Assembly (NCBI GenBank): GCA_963691775.1
Contig: OY829369.1
Coordinates: 2,044,480 to 2,108,479 of the forward strand
From: Pseudomonadales bacterium
Lineage (GTDB): Bacteria > Pseudomonadota > Gammaproteobacteria > Pseudomonadales > Azotimanducaceae
Direction: 5' to 3'
DNA length: 64,000 bases
Part shown: piece after piece, positions 20,204 through 29,022 of the stretch
How the letters are laid out: each line of letters starts with the position of its first letter
Numbering within the stretch: the stretch's first letter is position 1
The notes under the pieces: model-generated
What the model was told of the DNA's origin: nothing
The model's input: only the letters and a program-made list of their open reading frames with translations
Database searches by the model: none
Translations under genes and position numbers: made by a program

Positions 20204-21514
20204 TCAGGCGAGTTTCTGTGCGGGTAGGAAGTCACGGCCGACGCCGAGCACGGGGGCCGGGTGACGACTGTCGACGTGTTCGAACAGCACCTGCACGTCG
20301 CCGATGGAGCGCTCCATGAAGCCGCCCTGACAGAACGCGAGGTAGTAGCGCCAGAGGCGCTGAAAGGTGCGGTCGTAGCCCATCTCGAGGAGGCGCTCGC
20401 TGTGCATATCGACGTTGCGCTGCCATTCGGCAAGGGTGCGCGCATAGTGATCGCCGATGTCCTCGAGATGGCGCACGCGCAGGCGCGTTGTCCGCTGCAT
20501 GGTGTCGAGGAGCACCGTCGCGGACGGCAGGCAACCGCCCGGGAACACGAAGCGCCGAATGAAATCGACGCCGTCCCGATACTGGGGGAACTTGCGGTCC
20601 TCGATCGTGATCGCCTGGATCAGCGCCAGGCCGTCGGGCGCGAGCAGTTCCTCGAGACGCCGGAAGTAGGTGTCGAAGTACTGGTGCCCGACCGCTTCGA
20701 TCATCTCGATGGACACGATCCGGTCGTAGGTCCCTTCGAGCAATCGGTAATCACACTCGATGACCTCGACGAGATGTTCGAGCCCCGCCGCCCGAACGCG
20801 CTCCCGCGCATGACGATACTGCTCATGCGAGATGGTCGTGGTTGTCACTCGGCAGCCGTGGCGCGCCGCCGCGTGCAGCGCCAACCCCCCCCATCCCGTT
20901 CCGATCTCGAGCAGATGCACATCGGGCGACAGCAGGAGCTTGTCGCAGATCACGTCGAGCTTGTGGCGCTGCGCCGTTTCGAGATCGGCGTCCTCGTCCG
21001 GGTAGATGGCCGCCGAATACATCATCGTTGGATCGAGCATGAGCTCGTAGAAATCGTTGCCGAGATCGTAGTGCGCCGAGATGTTCGCGCGACTGCCCGC
21101 CAGCGTGTTCTCACGCCGCGCGTGGAACCAGCGATACGCTTTCATGCCGACGCGACCGAAGCTGCCTCGATCCATGTGATCGAGCGTGAAGCGGTTGCGA
21201 ACGAGAATGCGCACCAGATCGACGAGATCGTCCGTATCCCAGAGCCCGAGAAAGTAGCTCTGCCCGGCGCCGACGCTGCCGCCGAGGCCCATATAGCCCC
21301 AGAAGTCCTCGTCATGAACCTGCACGGACACCCGTGGCCCGGGATTGCTCCGTGAGCCGAGCGTACGCACGCCATGCGCGTCGTGGACCTCGATGCATCC
21401 CCAGGTGATGCGATCGAGCACGTCGAGGAGGCCCTTGCGGACCAGTCCGAGCACGGAACGCGGCAGGTGCTCATACCAGCTGCGTCCGGTCTCCTGCAGG
21501 ATGCTTTCGGCCAT
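20204..21514 (-). CDS. cfa: cyclopropane-fatty-acyl-phospholipid synthase family methyltransferase
   Basis: Start re-placed to MAESILQ (ATG 21514, AAGGAGAGC RBS); 436 aa. AHYDLGNDFYELMLD, LLEIGTGWGGLALHAA and VSIEMIEAVG motifs. The upstream 152 aa of the track ORF overlap the DUF1365 gene. Confidence 0.9.
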   Translation of the reverse strand: MAESILQETGRSWYEHLPRSVLGLVRKGLLDVLDRITWGCIEVHDAHGVRTLGSRSNPGPRVSVQVHDEDFWGYMGLGGSVGAGQSYFLGLWDTDDLVDLVRILVRNRFTLDHMDRGSFGRVGMKAYRWFHARRENTLAGSRANISAHYDLGNDFYELMLDPTMMYSAAIYPDEDADLETAQRHKLDVICDKLLLSPDVHLLEIGTGWGGLALHAAARHGCRVTTTTISHEQYRHARERVRAAGLEHLVEVIECDYRLLEGTYDRIVSIEMIEAVGHQYFDTYFRRLEELLAPDGLALIQAITIEDRKFPQYRDGVDFIRRFVFPGGCLPSATVLLDTMQRTTRLRVRHLEDIGDHYARTLAEWQRNVDMHSERLLEMGYDRTFQRLWRYYLAFCQGGFMERSIGDVQVLFEHVDSRHPAPVLGVGRDFLPAQKLA

Positions 21515-21540
21515 CGAAGCTCTCCTTGGTTCGGGCGCGA

Positions 21541-22317
21541 TCAGGTCACCGATTCGGTGCCCTGCCTCGCCTCCGGTACGGGGTGCGGGTGATAGGTAGC
21601 GCCCTTCATCCAGAGCCGAAGGGCCTGCCAGTAGATGGCACCGACAACCTTGATGGCTGAAGGCACCTGGACGAGCGTGCGCGACAGCGCCGCCCGCGAA
21701 AGCGGTTCGAAAGCAAGCGCCATGCGCGCCGCGAAACGGCATTCGTCGCCCTCGAAATTCTGCTTCACGACCTCGAGACGGTTCTCGCCCAGCGTGAAAC
21801 GAAAGCGATAGCGCATGGCGAGCGGCAGGAATGGCGAGACGTGAAAGTCCTTGGCAACGTCGAAATGCCAGGGGCCCGCTTGCGCGCGACAATCCAGCGC
21901 GTAGACGTGGCGTTCGTTCCACGGGGTGTTGGAAACCTCGAGGACGATCGCCTCCAGGCGGCCCGCGCACTGGCAGAAATACATCGTCACGGGATTGAAG
22001 CCGATGCCGAACTGTCGCGCTTGCGCGAGCAGGTGCACGGTCCCGCCGTGCTCGAATCCGAGGCGCTTGCGCACGATCCCGCGCACGCGCTCGGCAAGGG
22101 TCGAGCCTTCAGCACCAGCCAGGTGATCAGCCGAGCGCAAGCCGGCGACGTTCATCCGGTCGAGGCTCCACAACGGATGCCCCGAGAAGGCCTCCGGCAG
22201 ACGATCGACATCAAGCCAGAGCATGCGCACGCCGTAGTCGAAGCCATGCCGGAAGGGCGCGCGGCGGACGTGCCAGACGCGGCCGCGGCTGAGTGCGTGG
22301 CCGGTCGGCAGGGTCAC
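21541..22317 (-). CDS. DUF1365 family protein
   Basis: GHALSRGRVWHVRRAPFRHGFDYGVRMLWLDVDRL is the characteristic DUF1365 N-terminus. The GTG start at 22317 overlaps the upstream stop (GTGA). Confidence 0.8.
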   Translation of the reverse strand: MTLPTGHALSRGRVWHVRRAPFRHGFDYGVRMLWLDVDRLPEAFSGHPLWSLDRMNVAGLRSADHLAGAEGSTLAERVRGIVRKRLGFEHGGTVHLLAQARQFGIGFNPVTMYFCQCAGRLEAIVLEVSNTPWNERHVYALDCRAQAGPWHFDVAKDFHVSPFLPLAMRYRFRFTLGENRLEVVKQNFEGDECRFAARMALAFEPLSRAALSRTLVQVPSAIKVVGAIYWQALRLWMKGATYHPHPVPEARQGTESVT

Positions 22318-23567
22318 CAGGGGACCCCCATGGCACGCACCATCTGCGCAGCCGACAGGCATCCGTCTTCATGAAAGCCGTAGCGCCAGTACGCACCGCA
22401 GTACCAGGTGTCGCGGACGCCACTGATCTCCGAGCGCCGCGCCTGCGCCGCGACCGCGGGCCCGTCGAAGATCGGGTGGCTGTAGCGCAGTCGCTTGAGC
22501 ACCTTGCCCTCGTCAATGGCGTCGGTCTGATTCAGCGTCACCAGCAGCGGCGTGGGTACGTCGATGTGCTGGAGGTGATTCATCCAGTAGGTGACCGTTG
22601 CGCCGTCGGCCTCGCGCCCGGCCTCGCGCCCGGCCTCTATCCGGTAGTTCCAGGAGGCCCAGAGCGGGCGCCCGCCGGGCAGGAAGCGGGCGTCGGTGTG
22701 AAGGACGACATCATTGGGTTGATAACGGATCGCGCCGAGCACTTCACGCTCTTCGACGCTCGGGTCATCGAGCAACGCGAGTGCCTGATCGCTGTGGCAG
22801 GCGAGCACCACCGCATCGAAGTGTTCAGTGCCGGCGTCGGTCGTGACGTGAACGCCCGCATCGCGACGAATCCGGCGCACCGGCTCGCCGAGCCGTGGCG
22901 CGCTCGGCAAAGCGTCCGTGATCTTGCTGATGTAGCTGGAGGAGCCTCCGTCGACGCAATACCACTGCGGCCGATCACGCAGCGAGAGCAGGCCATGATT
23001 GCGGAAGAACTCGACGATCCGTTTCGCCGGAAAACTGCCAAGCGACTCCGTCGGCACCGACCAGATGGACGCGGCCATCGGCGCGAGATAGTCGCGCATG
23101 AAGGTTTCGCCGTAGCGCGCGTCACGCACGTGCTGCGCAAGCGAAGGCCCGGTGCCGTGCAGGGCCAGTAGGCGCGGCGCGAACCGATTGAAGCGCAGGA
23201 TATCGCGCAGCATTCCATAGTAGGCGGCATTGGTCAGATTGGGCCGATGCGCGAAAAGGCCGGCGAGGCCGGCACCGTTGAACTGCACGCCGTCGTTCTC
23301 GTTGACGACCGAGAAACTCATGGACGTTGCCGAGCCGGTTACGCCGAGTTCGGCGAGCAAGCGGGTGAAGGTGGGGTAGTTGCGGTCGTTGTAGACGATG
23401 AAGCCGGTGTCGACAGAAACGGCGCGGCCGTCCACTTCAAGATCGTGGGTGTGCGTGTGACCGCCGAGGCGCTGCTCGGCTTCGAACACCGTGACGCCGT
23501 GCGCGTCGCGGAGGAGCCAGGCGGCCGTGAGGCCGGAGATCCCTGTCCCGACTACCGCGACACGCAC
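22314..23567 (-). CDS. FAD/NAD(P)-binding amine-oxidase-like oxidoreductase
   Basis: Start re-placed to VRVAVVGTGISGLTAAWLL (GTG 23567), a Rossmann GxGxxG motif at the N-terminus; 417 aa. Lies 8 nt downstream of the desaturase stop. Confidence 0.85.
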   Translation of the reverse strand: MRVAVVGTGISGLTAAWLLRDAHGVTVFEAEQRLGGHTHTHDLEVDGRAVSVDTGFIVYNDRNYPTFTRLLAELGVTGSATSMSFSVVNENDGVQFNGAGLAGLFAHRPNLTNAAYYGMLRDILRFNRFAPRLLALHGTGPSLAQHVRDARYGETFMRDYLAPMAASIWSVPTESLGSFPAKRIVEFFRNHGLLSLRDRPQWYCVDGGSSSYISKITDALPSAPRLGEPVRRIRRDAGVHVTTDAGTEHFDAVVLACHSDQALALLDDPSVEEREVLGAIRYQPNDVVLHTDARFLPGGRPLWASWNYRIEAGREAGREADGATVTYWMNHLQHIDVPTPLLVTLNQTDAIDEGKVLKRLRYSHPIFDGPAVAAQARRSEISGVRDTWYCGAYWRYGFHEDGCLSAAQMVRAMGVPW

Positions 23568-23574
23568 TGAAGCC

Positions 23575-24588
23575 TCACGCGGCGCGATCCTCTTGCTGCG
23601 CGTCCGGGAACCGGCCCGACGCGAGCGCCTCCTTGCGCGCCTCCGCTGCCGGATTCGGCAAGCCTTCACGCACGTGGTGCGGAACGACCTTCAGGTCCCA
23701 GGCCAGGCCCAGCTTCTCCAGCGCCTTGAGGAAGTACCAGCCGATGTCGATTTCCCACCAGTAGAACCCGAGGCGGGCCGACGCGGCGAAGTGGTGATGA
23801 TTGTTGTGCCATGACTCGCCGAAGGTGATCGGCCAGAGCCATGCGTTGTTCCGGGATTCGTCGCCCGTCTCGTAGCGCTTGCTGCCGAAGACGTGCACGA
23901 GCGAGTTGATGGTGAAGGTTGCGTGGTAGGCGAGAAGGGTCCCGATGACGCCACCCCACACCAGCATCTGCCAGCCACTGGTGCCGGACTCCGGCCAGAC
24001 AGCTGCGATCCAGCCACCCGCAAGGAACAAAGATGTGTAAGTAAAGATCGGTACGAAGGTGTCGAAGCGGTCGAGGAAGACGAGCTCCGGATACTTGGCG
24101 AAGTCGCGGATGTCTTCTGAGCGCGTGCGGTAATTGCCGTTCGAGAGGAACCAGAACATATGGCTCCACCAGAAGCTGTCCTGCACGGGAGAATGGGCAT
24201 CCTCCGGCTGATCGGAATACTTGTGGTGATGGCGGTGGTGCGCTGCCCACCAGAGCGGCCCGCGCTGCACCGCGGAGGCACCCATGACGGCGAGAATGAA
24301 CTGCATCACGCGCCCCGTTCGGAACGCTCGGTGAGAGAAGTAGCGGTGATAACCAACCGTGATGCCGAGGACGCGAATCGCGTAGGTCGCGAGCATGACG
24401 GCAACCGCAATCGGCGATACGCCGACCACGAAGACGAAAAGCGCGGACAGGTGCAGAAGAATAAATGGCGTGATGCGGAACCAGGCGATCTTGCGATCGC
24501 TGTCGGCTTCCGGCCCCGGCGCCGAGGCATAGGCGTCGAACCAGTTGATGATCGTCTGCAACGGACTCAGAACAGTCTGGCTGCTCAC
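23575..24588 (-). CDS. membrane acyl-CoA/acyl-lipid Delta9-type fatty-acid desaturase
   Basis: Start re-placed to VSSQTVLSPLQ (GTG 24588, GAGGAG 6 nt upstream); 337 aa. Three His boxes: HRYFSHRAF, HHRHHHKYSD and HNNHHHF. Confidence 0.88.
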   Translation of the reverse strand: MSSQTVLSPLQTIINWFDAYASAPGPEADSDRKIAWFRITPFILLHLSALFVFVVGVSPIAVAVMLATYAIRVLGITVGYHRYFSHRAFRTGRVMQFILAVMGASAVQRGPLWWAAHHRHHHKYSDQPEDAHSPVQDSFWWSHMFWFLSNGNYRTRSEDIRDFAKYPELVFLDRFDTFVPIFTYTSLFLAGGWIAAVWPESGTSGWQMLVWGGVIGTLLAYHATFTINSLVHVFGSKRYETGDESRNNAWLWPITFGESWHNNHHHFAASARLGFYWWEIDIGWYFLKALEKLGLAWDLKVVPHHVREGLPNPAAEARKEALASGRFPDAQQEDRAA

Positions 24589-25178
24589 GTGTAGCTCCTC
24601 TGTCGGGCGCCTGGCAAAGAAGTGAGCCGCGGCGCCCGCGCAGCACGGCGTTGCCGGCAGCGCGCATCGGTTGTTGGGGAAAGGTTCACGAACGCCCGTG
24701 AAGGCACAACCACTCGCGACCTCAGGGCGTGAGGCGCCGAAGGATAAGCCTTCTCGGCTGACTCGGCGACCATGCCACCTGCAACCGCGCCGTGAAGCTT
24801 GTCGACACCCTCGTGAAGGCATCGTGAAGCGGATATGGCCCGTCGCGGGGCAGAGCCTCCTCCGCAGGGTTATCGGGAAGGAACCCAGCCCGTCGCTCAC
24901 GCCCGGGCCCCGCTCACGAACAAAGCGTCGCCGCGCGCGCGGCCCCGCCACGCGCGCCACCCCCACCCCGGGCGGCATTTGCCAGGCCCCGAATGAATGC
25001 AAGAAACAGCACACTCAGACCGGCCGTGCCCTCACTTCTTGCCGCACTCTGCCGAGCGGCACTGCAGGCCTCGTATAGTCGGGGCAAACGATCAGCCCGG
25101 TGAGACGCAAGCGCAAAGCGCGAGCACATGTCGCCAGGAGATCGCCGCCCTGAAAAGCAAGGCATTCCGGAGTCGCGC

Positions 25179-25940
25179 ATGAACGACGACGCACCGCGCT
25201 TCCATTCCAAGTCTGCCGCACGCAAGCACGCCTGGGACCGCCTGCGGGACGAAGGGCTCGCGCGCCTCCCCTTCCCGCCGCACGGCCGCATACCAAACTT
25301 TGCGGGCGCACAGGCCGCCGCGCGGCGCCTGTTCGAGATTCCCGTTTATCGTGACGCACAGTGCATCAAGATCAATCCGGACAGTCCGCAGAAACACGTC
25401 CGCGCGCACGCCCTCCGCCTCGGCATCAGTGTGCTCGTACCCACGCCGAAGCTGACGGACGGATTCCATCTACTGGACCCGCGCGCCCTCGCGCCGGGCG
25501 ACTACGGCAAGGCCGCAACGCGGTCGACCATGCACCACTACTCACGCGTGCTCACGCTCGACGAGGTACCAACCGTCGATGCGATCGTCACCGGCTGCGC
25601 CGCAGTGACCCCCGAAGGCCATCGCTGCGGCAAGGGCGCCGGCTACTCGGATATCGAGTGGGGCGTGTTGATGGAGCTCGGCCAGGCGCCGGTGCCCGTG
25701 GCCACGACCGTGCATGACGTTCAGGTGCTCGGCGGATTCCCCTCCGAGGCCCACGACCTGGGCCTGCACTGGATCGTCACGCCGACGCGCACGATCCCGG
25801 TCGCCGCGCCACCTCCAGGCCCGCGGGGCATCGACTGGTCGTTGCTGTCCAGAGAAGACATTGCCGCAATGCCGCTGCTGGCGCGTCTGCGCGCAGGGGA
25901 GGCACTGGATGGGCGTGGCGCCCGCAACCCGGAAACATGA
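25179..25940 (+). CDS. 5-formyltetrahydrofolate cyclo-ligase family protein (atypical long form)
   Basis: KSAARKHAWDRLRDEG..., then PEGHRCGKGAGYSDIEW, matching the G.G.GYYD-type motif of the family. Start ATG 25179 or 25128. Confidence 0.6.
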   Translation: MNDDAPRFHSKSAARKHAWDRLRDEGLARLPFPPHGRIPNFAGAQAAARRLFEIPVYRDAQCIKINPDSPQKHVRAHALRLGISVLVPTPKLTDGFHLLDPRALAPGDYGKAATRSTMHHYSRVLTLDEVPTVDAIVTGCAAVTPEGHRCGKGAGYSDIEWGVLMELGQAPVPVATTVHDVQVLGGFPSEAHDLGLHWIVTPTRTIPVAAPPPGPRGIDWSLLSREDIAAMPLLARLRAGEALDGRGARNPET

Positions 25941-26142
25941 GCGGCGCACACAGCCGCGGAAGGATGCCACGCCGATGGCCGAACCTAGTGCCCGCGTCTG
26001 ACCTGCGTTCTGCCCCTCCTGGACGCGCGCGAATCACGCGTCCAGACGCCGGAAGACGAGGAACGCGCCTTTCAAAGGACGGCGTCACCAAATCGCCAGG
26101 ACAGCAAGCTCGATACATCTATCGCTAGATTTCTGGCGCAGG

Positions 26143-27000
26143 ATGAACCCCATGACCTCAAGACACCGCTACCAGCAGGCAATCGAATTCATCGAGGCGC
26201 ATCTCGATGCGGAGCTTACTGTTGATTCGGTCGCCAAATCGGCTCACCTCTCGACCTATCATTTCGCTCGCGTATTTCGCGTCCTTACGGGCAGGTCGGT
26301 GATGGAGTACGCACGCCGCCGCCGGATCGCACGCGCAGTGCATCGGCTCCGCAACGATGACGATGCACCGCTCATCGATATCGCGCTGGCAGCTGGCTTC
26401 GAGAGTACGCAGGGCTTCATCAACGCGTTCAAGCGAGCCTTCGGCGTCACGCCAGGCCACTACCGAAAACACCGCTTCACGCTGCCGCTCCAGGAGAAAA
26501 TCACGTTGACCGAGCAGACGCACCGCAAACCAAGCGGACCCAAGTTCAAAGCGCGCGGTGCATTCCAGATCGCCGGCATGGCGCACCGATTCACGATCGA
26601 GACGCGGGTGCGCATACCGCTCCTCTGGCAGCAGTTTGCGCCCTTGATCGGCTCGATTCCGAACCAGATCGGTTACACCACTTATGGCGCCTGCGTGGAG
26701 CCGCCCTCCGAAGATCCAGGTTTCACCTACATGGCGGCCGTGGAAGTGTCTTCACCGAACGGCCTGGGCGACCTTGACCATTACGAGGTACCCGCCGCCG
26801 AGTATGCAGTCTTCACCCACAAGGGGACGCTCGACCACATTGGCGACACCATGAATTACATCTTCGGCGAGTGGCTCGAGCTAAGCGGGTGTGAACTCGC
26901 GGACACACCGGATTTCGAACGGTACGACCAACGCTTCAATCCAGAGACTGGCACCGGCGAGATGGAAGTCTGGGTGCCGATCAAGACGCGGCCCGATTAA
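26143..27000 (+). CDS. AraC-family transcriptional regulator with GyrI-like effector-binding domain
   Basis: 285 aa. HTH region LSTYHFARVFRVLTGRSVMEYARRRRIARA ... GFESTQGFINAFKRAFGVTPGHYRK. C-terminal GyrI-like domain ends ...EMEVWVPIK. Third-position GC is visibly lower than in neighbouring genes. Confidence 0.88.
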   Translation: MNPMTSRHRYQQAIEFIEAHLDAELTVDSVAKSAHLSTYHFARVFRVLTGRSVMEYARRRRIARAVHRLRNDDDAPLIDIALAAGFESTQGFINAFKRAFGVTPGHYRKHRFTLPLQEKITLTEQTHRKPSGPKFKARGAFQIAGMAHRFTIETRVRIPLLWQQFAPLIGSIPNQIGYTTYGACVEPPSEDPGFTYMAAVEVSSPNGLGDLDHYEVPAAEYAVFTHKGTLDHIGDTMNYIFGEWLELSGCELADTPDFERYDQRFNPETGTGEMEVWVPIKTRPD

Positions 27001-27292
27001 TCGGCCCGCGAGACAGCAGCTGCGCAGGCCCTGCCCTTCAGCGCATGCGACTCGCTCTAGCCTAATTTCCGCGCTTTCAACCAATATGAATGCAGCGCTC
27101 AGCAATCCAGCTTCGCTCGCGTGCACCCGCGACGCGATGAGCGGCTGCCTCGGAGGGTGGCTCGTAAGGCGCAGTGACGGGTTCACCCGCATGCCATCGC
27201 CCCAGCTCAAACGGATGAGACCCACAGCGCCGTAGGCGCTGCGGATTTCCAGCCCGTACACAGCATCCGATGGGACAGGCGCGATAGAGCGC

Positions 27293-28795
27293 CTACTCGC
27301 GCGTGATCACAACGCTCTCGATCACGACGTCCACGAGCGGCCGGTCGCCGGCACCGGTTTCCACGGCCGCAATCGCGTCGACGACATCCGCGCCTTCGAC
27401 GATTCGCCCGAACACGGTGTGCGCAGAGGTCAGCGGCGCCTCGTTGAAGTTCAGCCCCAGGTTATCGACGACGTTGACGAAGAACTGGGAGCTATTGGTG
27501 TTGGGCCCCGAATTTGCCATCGCGAGCGTGCCCGCGACGTTGCTCGCAGTCGCGTCGAATTCATCGTCGAAGGTGCCGCCGATGATGCTCTCCCCCCCGG
27601 TGCCGTTACCGTTCGGATCGCCGCCCTGGATCACGAAGTCGGCGATGACTCGATGGAAAATCAGCGAGTCGTAGAAGCCGCTGCGCGCGTGGCCTGTGAA
27701 GTTGGCGACCGTGGTGGGCGCCACCTCCGGAAGCATCTGGAACTTCATGCTGCCGAGCGTCGTATTCAGCGTCGCGAAGAGATCGAGCCCGAAGGTCCCA
27801 CTCACCGTCGCGTCGATCTGCGCTTCGTCTGCCGCGAGGATTGCCTGCGCGACGGTGTTCAGCGCCGCGCCCGTCAGCGTCTCTGCTCGCAGGGCGTCTG
27901 CCTGCGCGGGCGTGAACGCAAGTACATCACGGTAGTCGACGCCCGCGACGCCATCGAGGTCGGCCGCAAGGAGCTCGCGAGCGATGCCTGCGAGCTGTAT
28001 CTCCATGTTCCTCAGATCGAGCGTGTCGAGATCAACGCCGCCGTCGAGGAGCACGCGCACCGCCACCTCCGACAACGCCGTGACATTGGTTCCTCGCGCG
28101 CGCCAGTCGCGTACCCGGCCGAGCGCACGAACAGAGCCCGCGTTGAGAGACGCAGACGCGTCGAGCACACCGTCGTCATCCACATCGATATCGCTGCCGC
28201 CGGAGACCGTCACGAGCACCCACTCATCCTCGGGGATGCCGTCCAGCGGCAGGGTGAAGGTGCCGCCGGACGCAAGGTCCTCCGCCGGATTCGTTGTTGC
28301 CGTGTCGAGCGTTTCCGAGCTGTTCCCGACGCGTGTCACGACAACGTTCGCGCCCACGAGCGGACCCAGCAGGGCGCGATTGTTGTCAGCGGGCAGGACC
28401 GTGACAGTAGCCGTGTCGCTGGCAGAGGCGCCTTCATCATCCGTGCCGTCGAGCGTGAAGGTGAGCGTGGTGTTCGCGGTGACGGCGGGCGCCGTGAAGG
28501 TCGCGGTGTCCGTCGAAGCGTCGGCGAGGTCCACCGTCTCGCCGCTGGTCTGCCGCCAAAGCGTACTCGCGACCGAACCGTCAGCATCCGTGACTGTACC
28601 GGCAAGGGTGACAGTGGCGCCGGCCGCGACGAACTGGTCTTCGCCCGCCGAGACCTCCGGACTCGCGTTCGCGACCGGGGCGGCTTCGGACGTGCCGTCG
28701 CTGTCACACGCTACGAGGAGTGCGCCAAGGAGCGGGACCAGCGCAAGCTTGAGGAAATGCGGCGCTGTGCGCATGAAAGGGTGACTGGCGTTCAT
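27293..28795 (-). CDS. lipoprotein with C-terminal cyclophilin-type peptidyl-prolyl isomerase domain
   Basis: Start re-placed to MNASHPFMRTAPHFLKLALVPLLGALLVAC (lipobox LVAC). PKD/Ig-like segment (SAGEDQFVAAGATVTLAGTVTDADGSV...). The C-terminal ~165 aa are cyclophilin: FHRVIADFVIQGGDP, GTLAMANSGPNTNSSQFFVN, HTVFGRIVEG. Confidence 0.85.
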   Translation of the reverse strand: MNASHPFMRTAPHFLKLALVPLLGALLVACDSDGTSEAAPVANASPEVSAGEDQFVAAGATVTLAGTVTDADGSVASTLWRQTSGETVDLADASTDTATFTAPAVTANTTLTFTLDGTDDEGASASDTATVTVLPADNNRALLGPLVGANVVVTRVGNSSETLDTATTNPAEDLASGGTFTLPLDGIPEDEWVLVTVSGGSDIDVDDDGVLDASASLNAGSVRALGRVRDWRARGTNVTALSEVAVRVLLDGGVDLDTLDLRNMEIQLAGIARELLAADLDGVAGVDYRDVLAFTPAQADALRAETLTGAALNTVAQAILAADEAQIDATVSGTFGLDLFATLNTTLGSMKFQMLPEVAPTTVANFTGHARSGFYDSLIFHRVIADFVIQGGDPNGNGTGGESIIGGTFDDEFDATASNVAGTLAMANSGPNTNSSQFFVNVVDNLGLNFNEAPLTSAHTVFGRIVEGADVVDAIAAVETGAGDRPLVDVVIESVVITRE

Positions 28796-29022
28796 CGATT
28801 GTCCGATTTCTTTGGAAACGGTGGGGCTTGCGTATGCATTGCCCCGCTCGGTGCCGTTCGAACCCCGCGTCGCGCGCCAGGGCGGCAACAGGGCACCCCT
28901 GCCGCCACAGCGGCCTGCGCGCAGAGGACATCGCGCGGCGCAGCGGCCCTGACAGACGGCTCGGCACCCTGTTTTCGGCGAGCGCAACGCTACCACACGA
29001 CCCGGTCCGCACGCCCCGATAT

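Noticed and set aside
24640-24700. ECF-sigma-type promoter (GAACC ... n16-17 ... CGT-like) upstream of the lipid operon, considered because the Rhodobacter furan-fatty-acid genes are sigmaE-dependent.
   Set aside because: Only a GAACC word is present (in gtgaacctttcc, reverse strand). I found no convincing -10 CGT or TAAGA-type element at the right spacing, so this is too weak to report as a feature.
23575-25014. Long N-terminal extensions of track ORFs: desaturase to 25014, cfa to 21970, PPIase to 29080, PhoD from 51324, GST from 38721, ligase to 41280, peptidase from 13913, TauD to 62337, MtnB-like from 61873, and others.
   Set aside because: The extensions are Arg/Pro-rich and often overlap the neighbouring gene. 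They precede an internal start that has an RBS and the family-typical N-terminus or signal peptide. I therefore used the internal starts.
24900-25178. 6S RNA (ssrS), because ssrS sits just upstream of the 5-formyl-THF cyclo-ligase gene (ygfA) in many gamma-proteobacteria.
   Set aside because: I could not find the long terminal closing stem or a central-bubble arrangement by eye. The downstream gene is an atypical long 5-FCL-family paralogue, not clearly a ygfA orthologue. Only a cmsearch with RF00013 could settle it.
26881-27261. Minus-strand 126-aa ORF (MYGLEIRSAYGAVGLIRLSWGDG...) and plus-strand 114-aa ORF in the AraC/PPIase convergent spacer.
   Set aside because: No RBS, mixed codon bias and no recognisable family. 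It overlaps the AraC 3' end. At most it is a decayed fragment, so I kept it only as part of the low-GC-islet observation.
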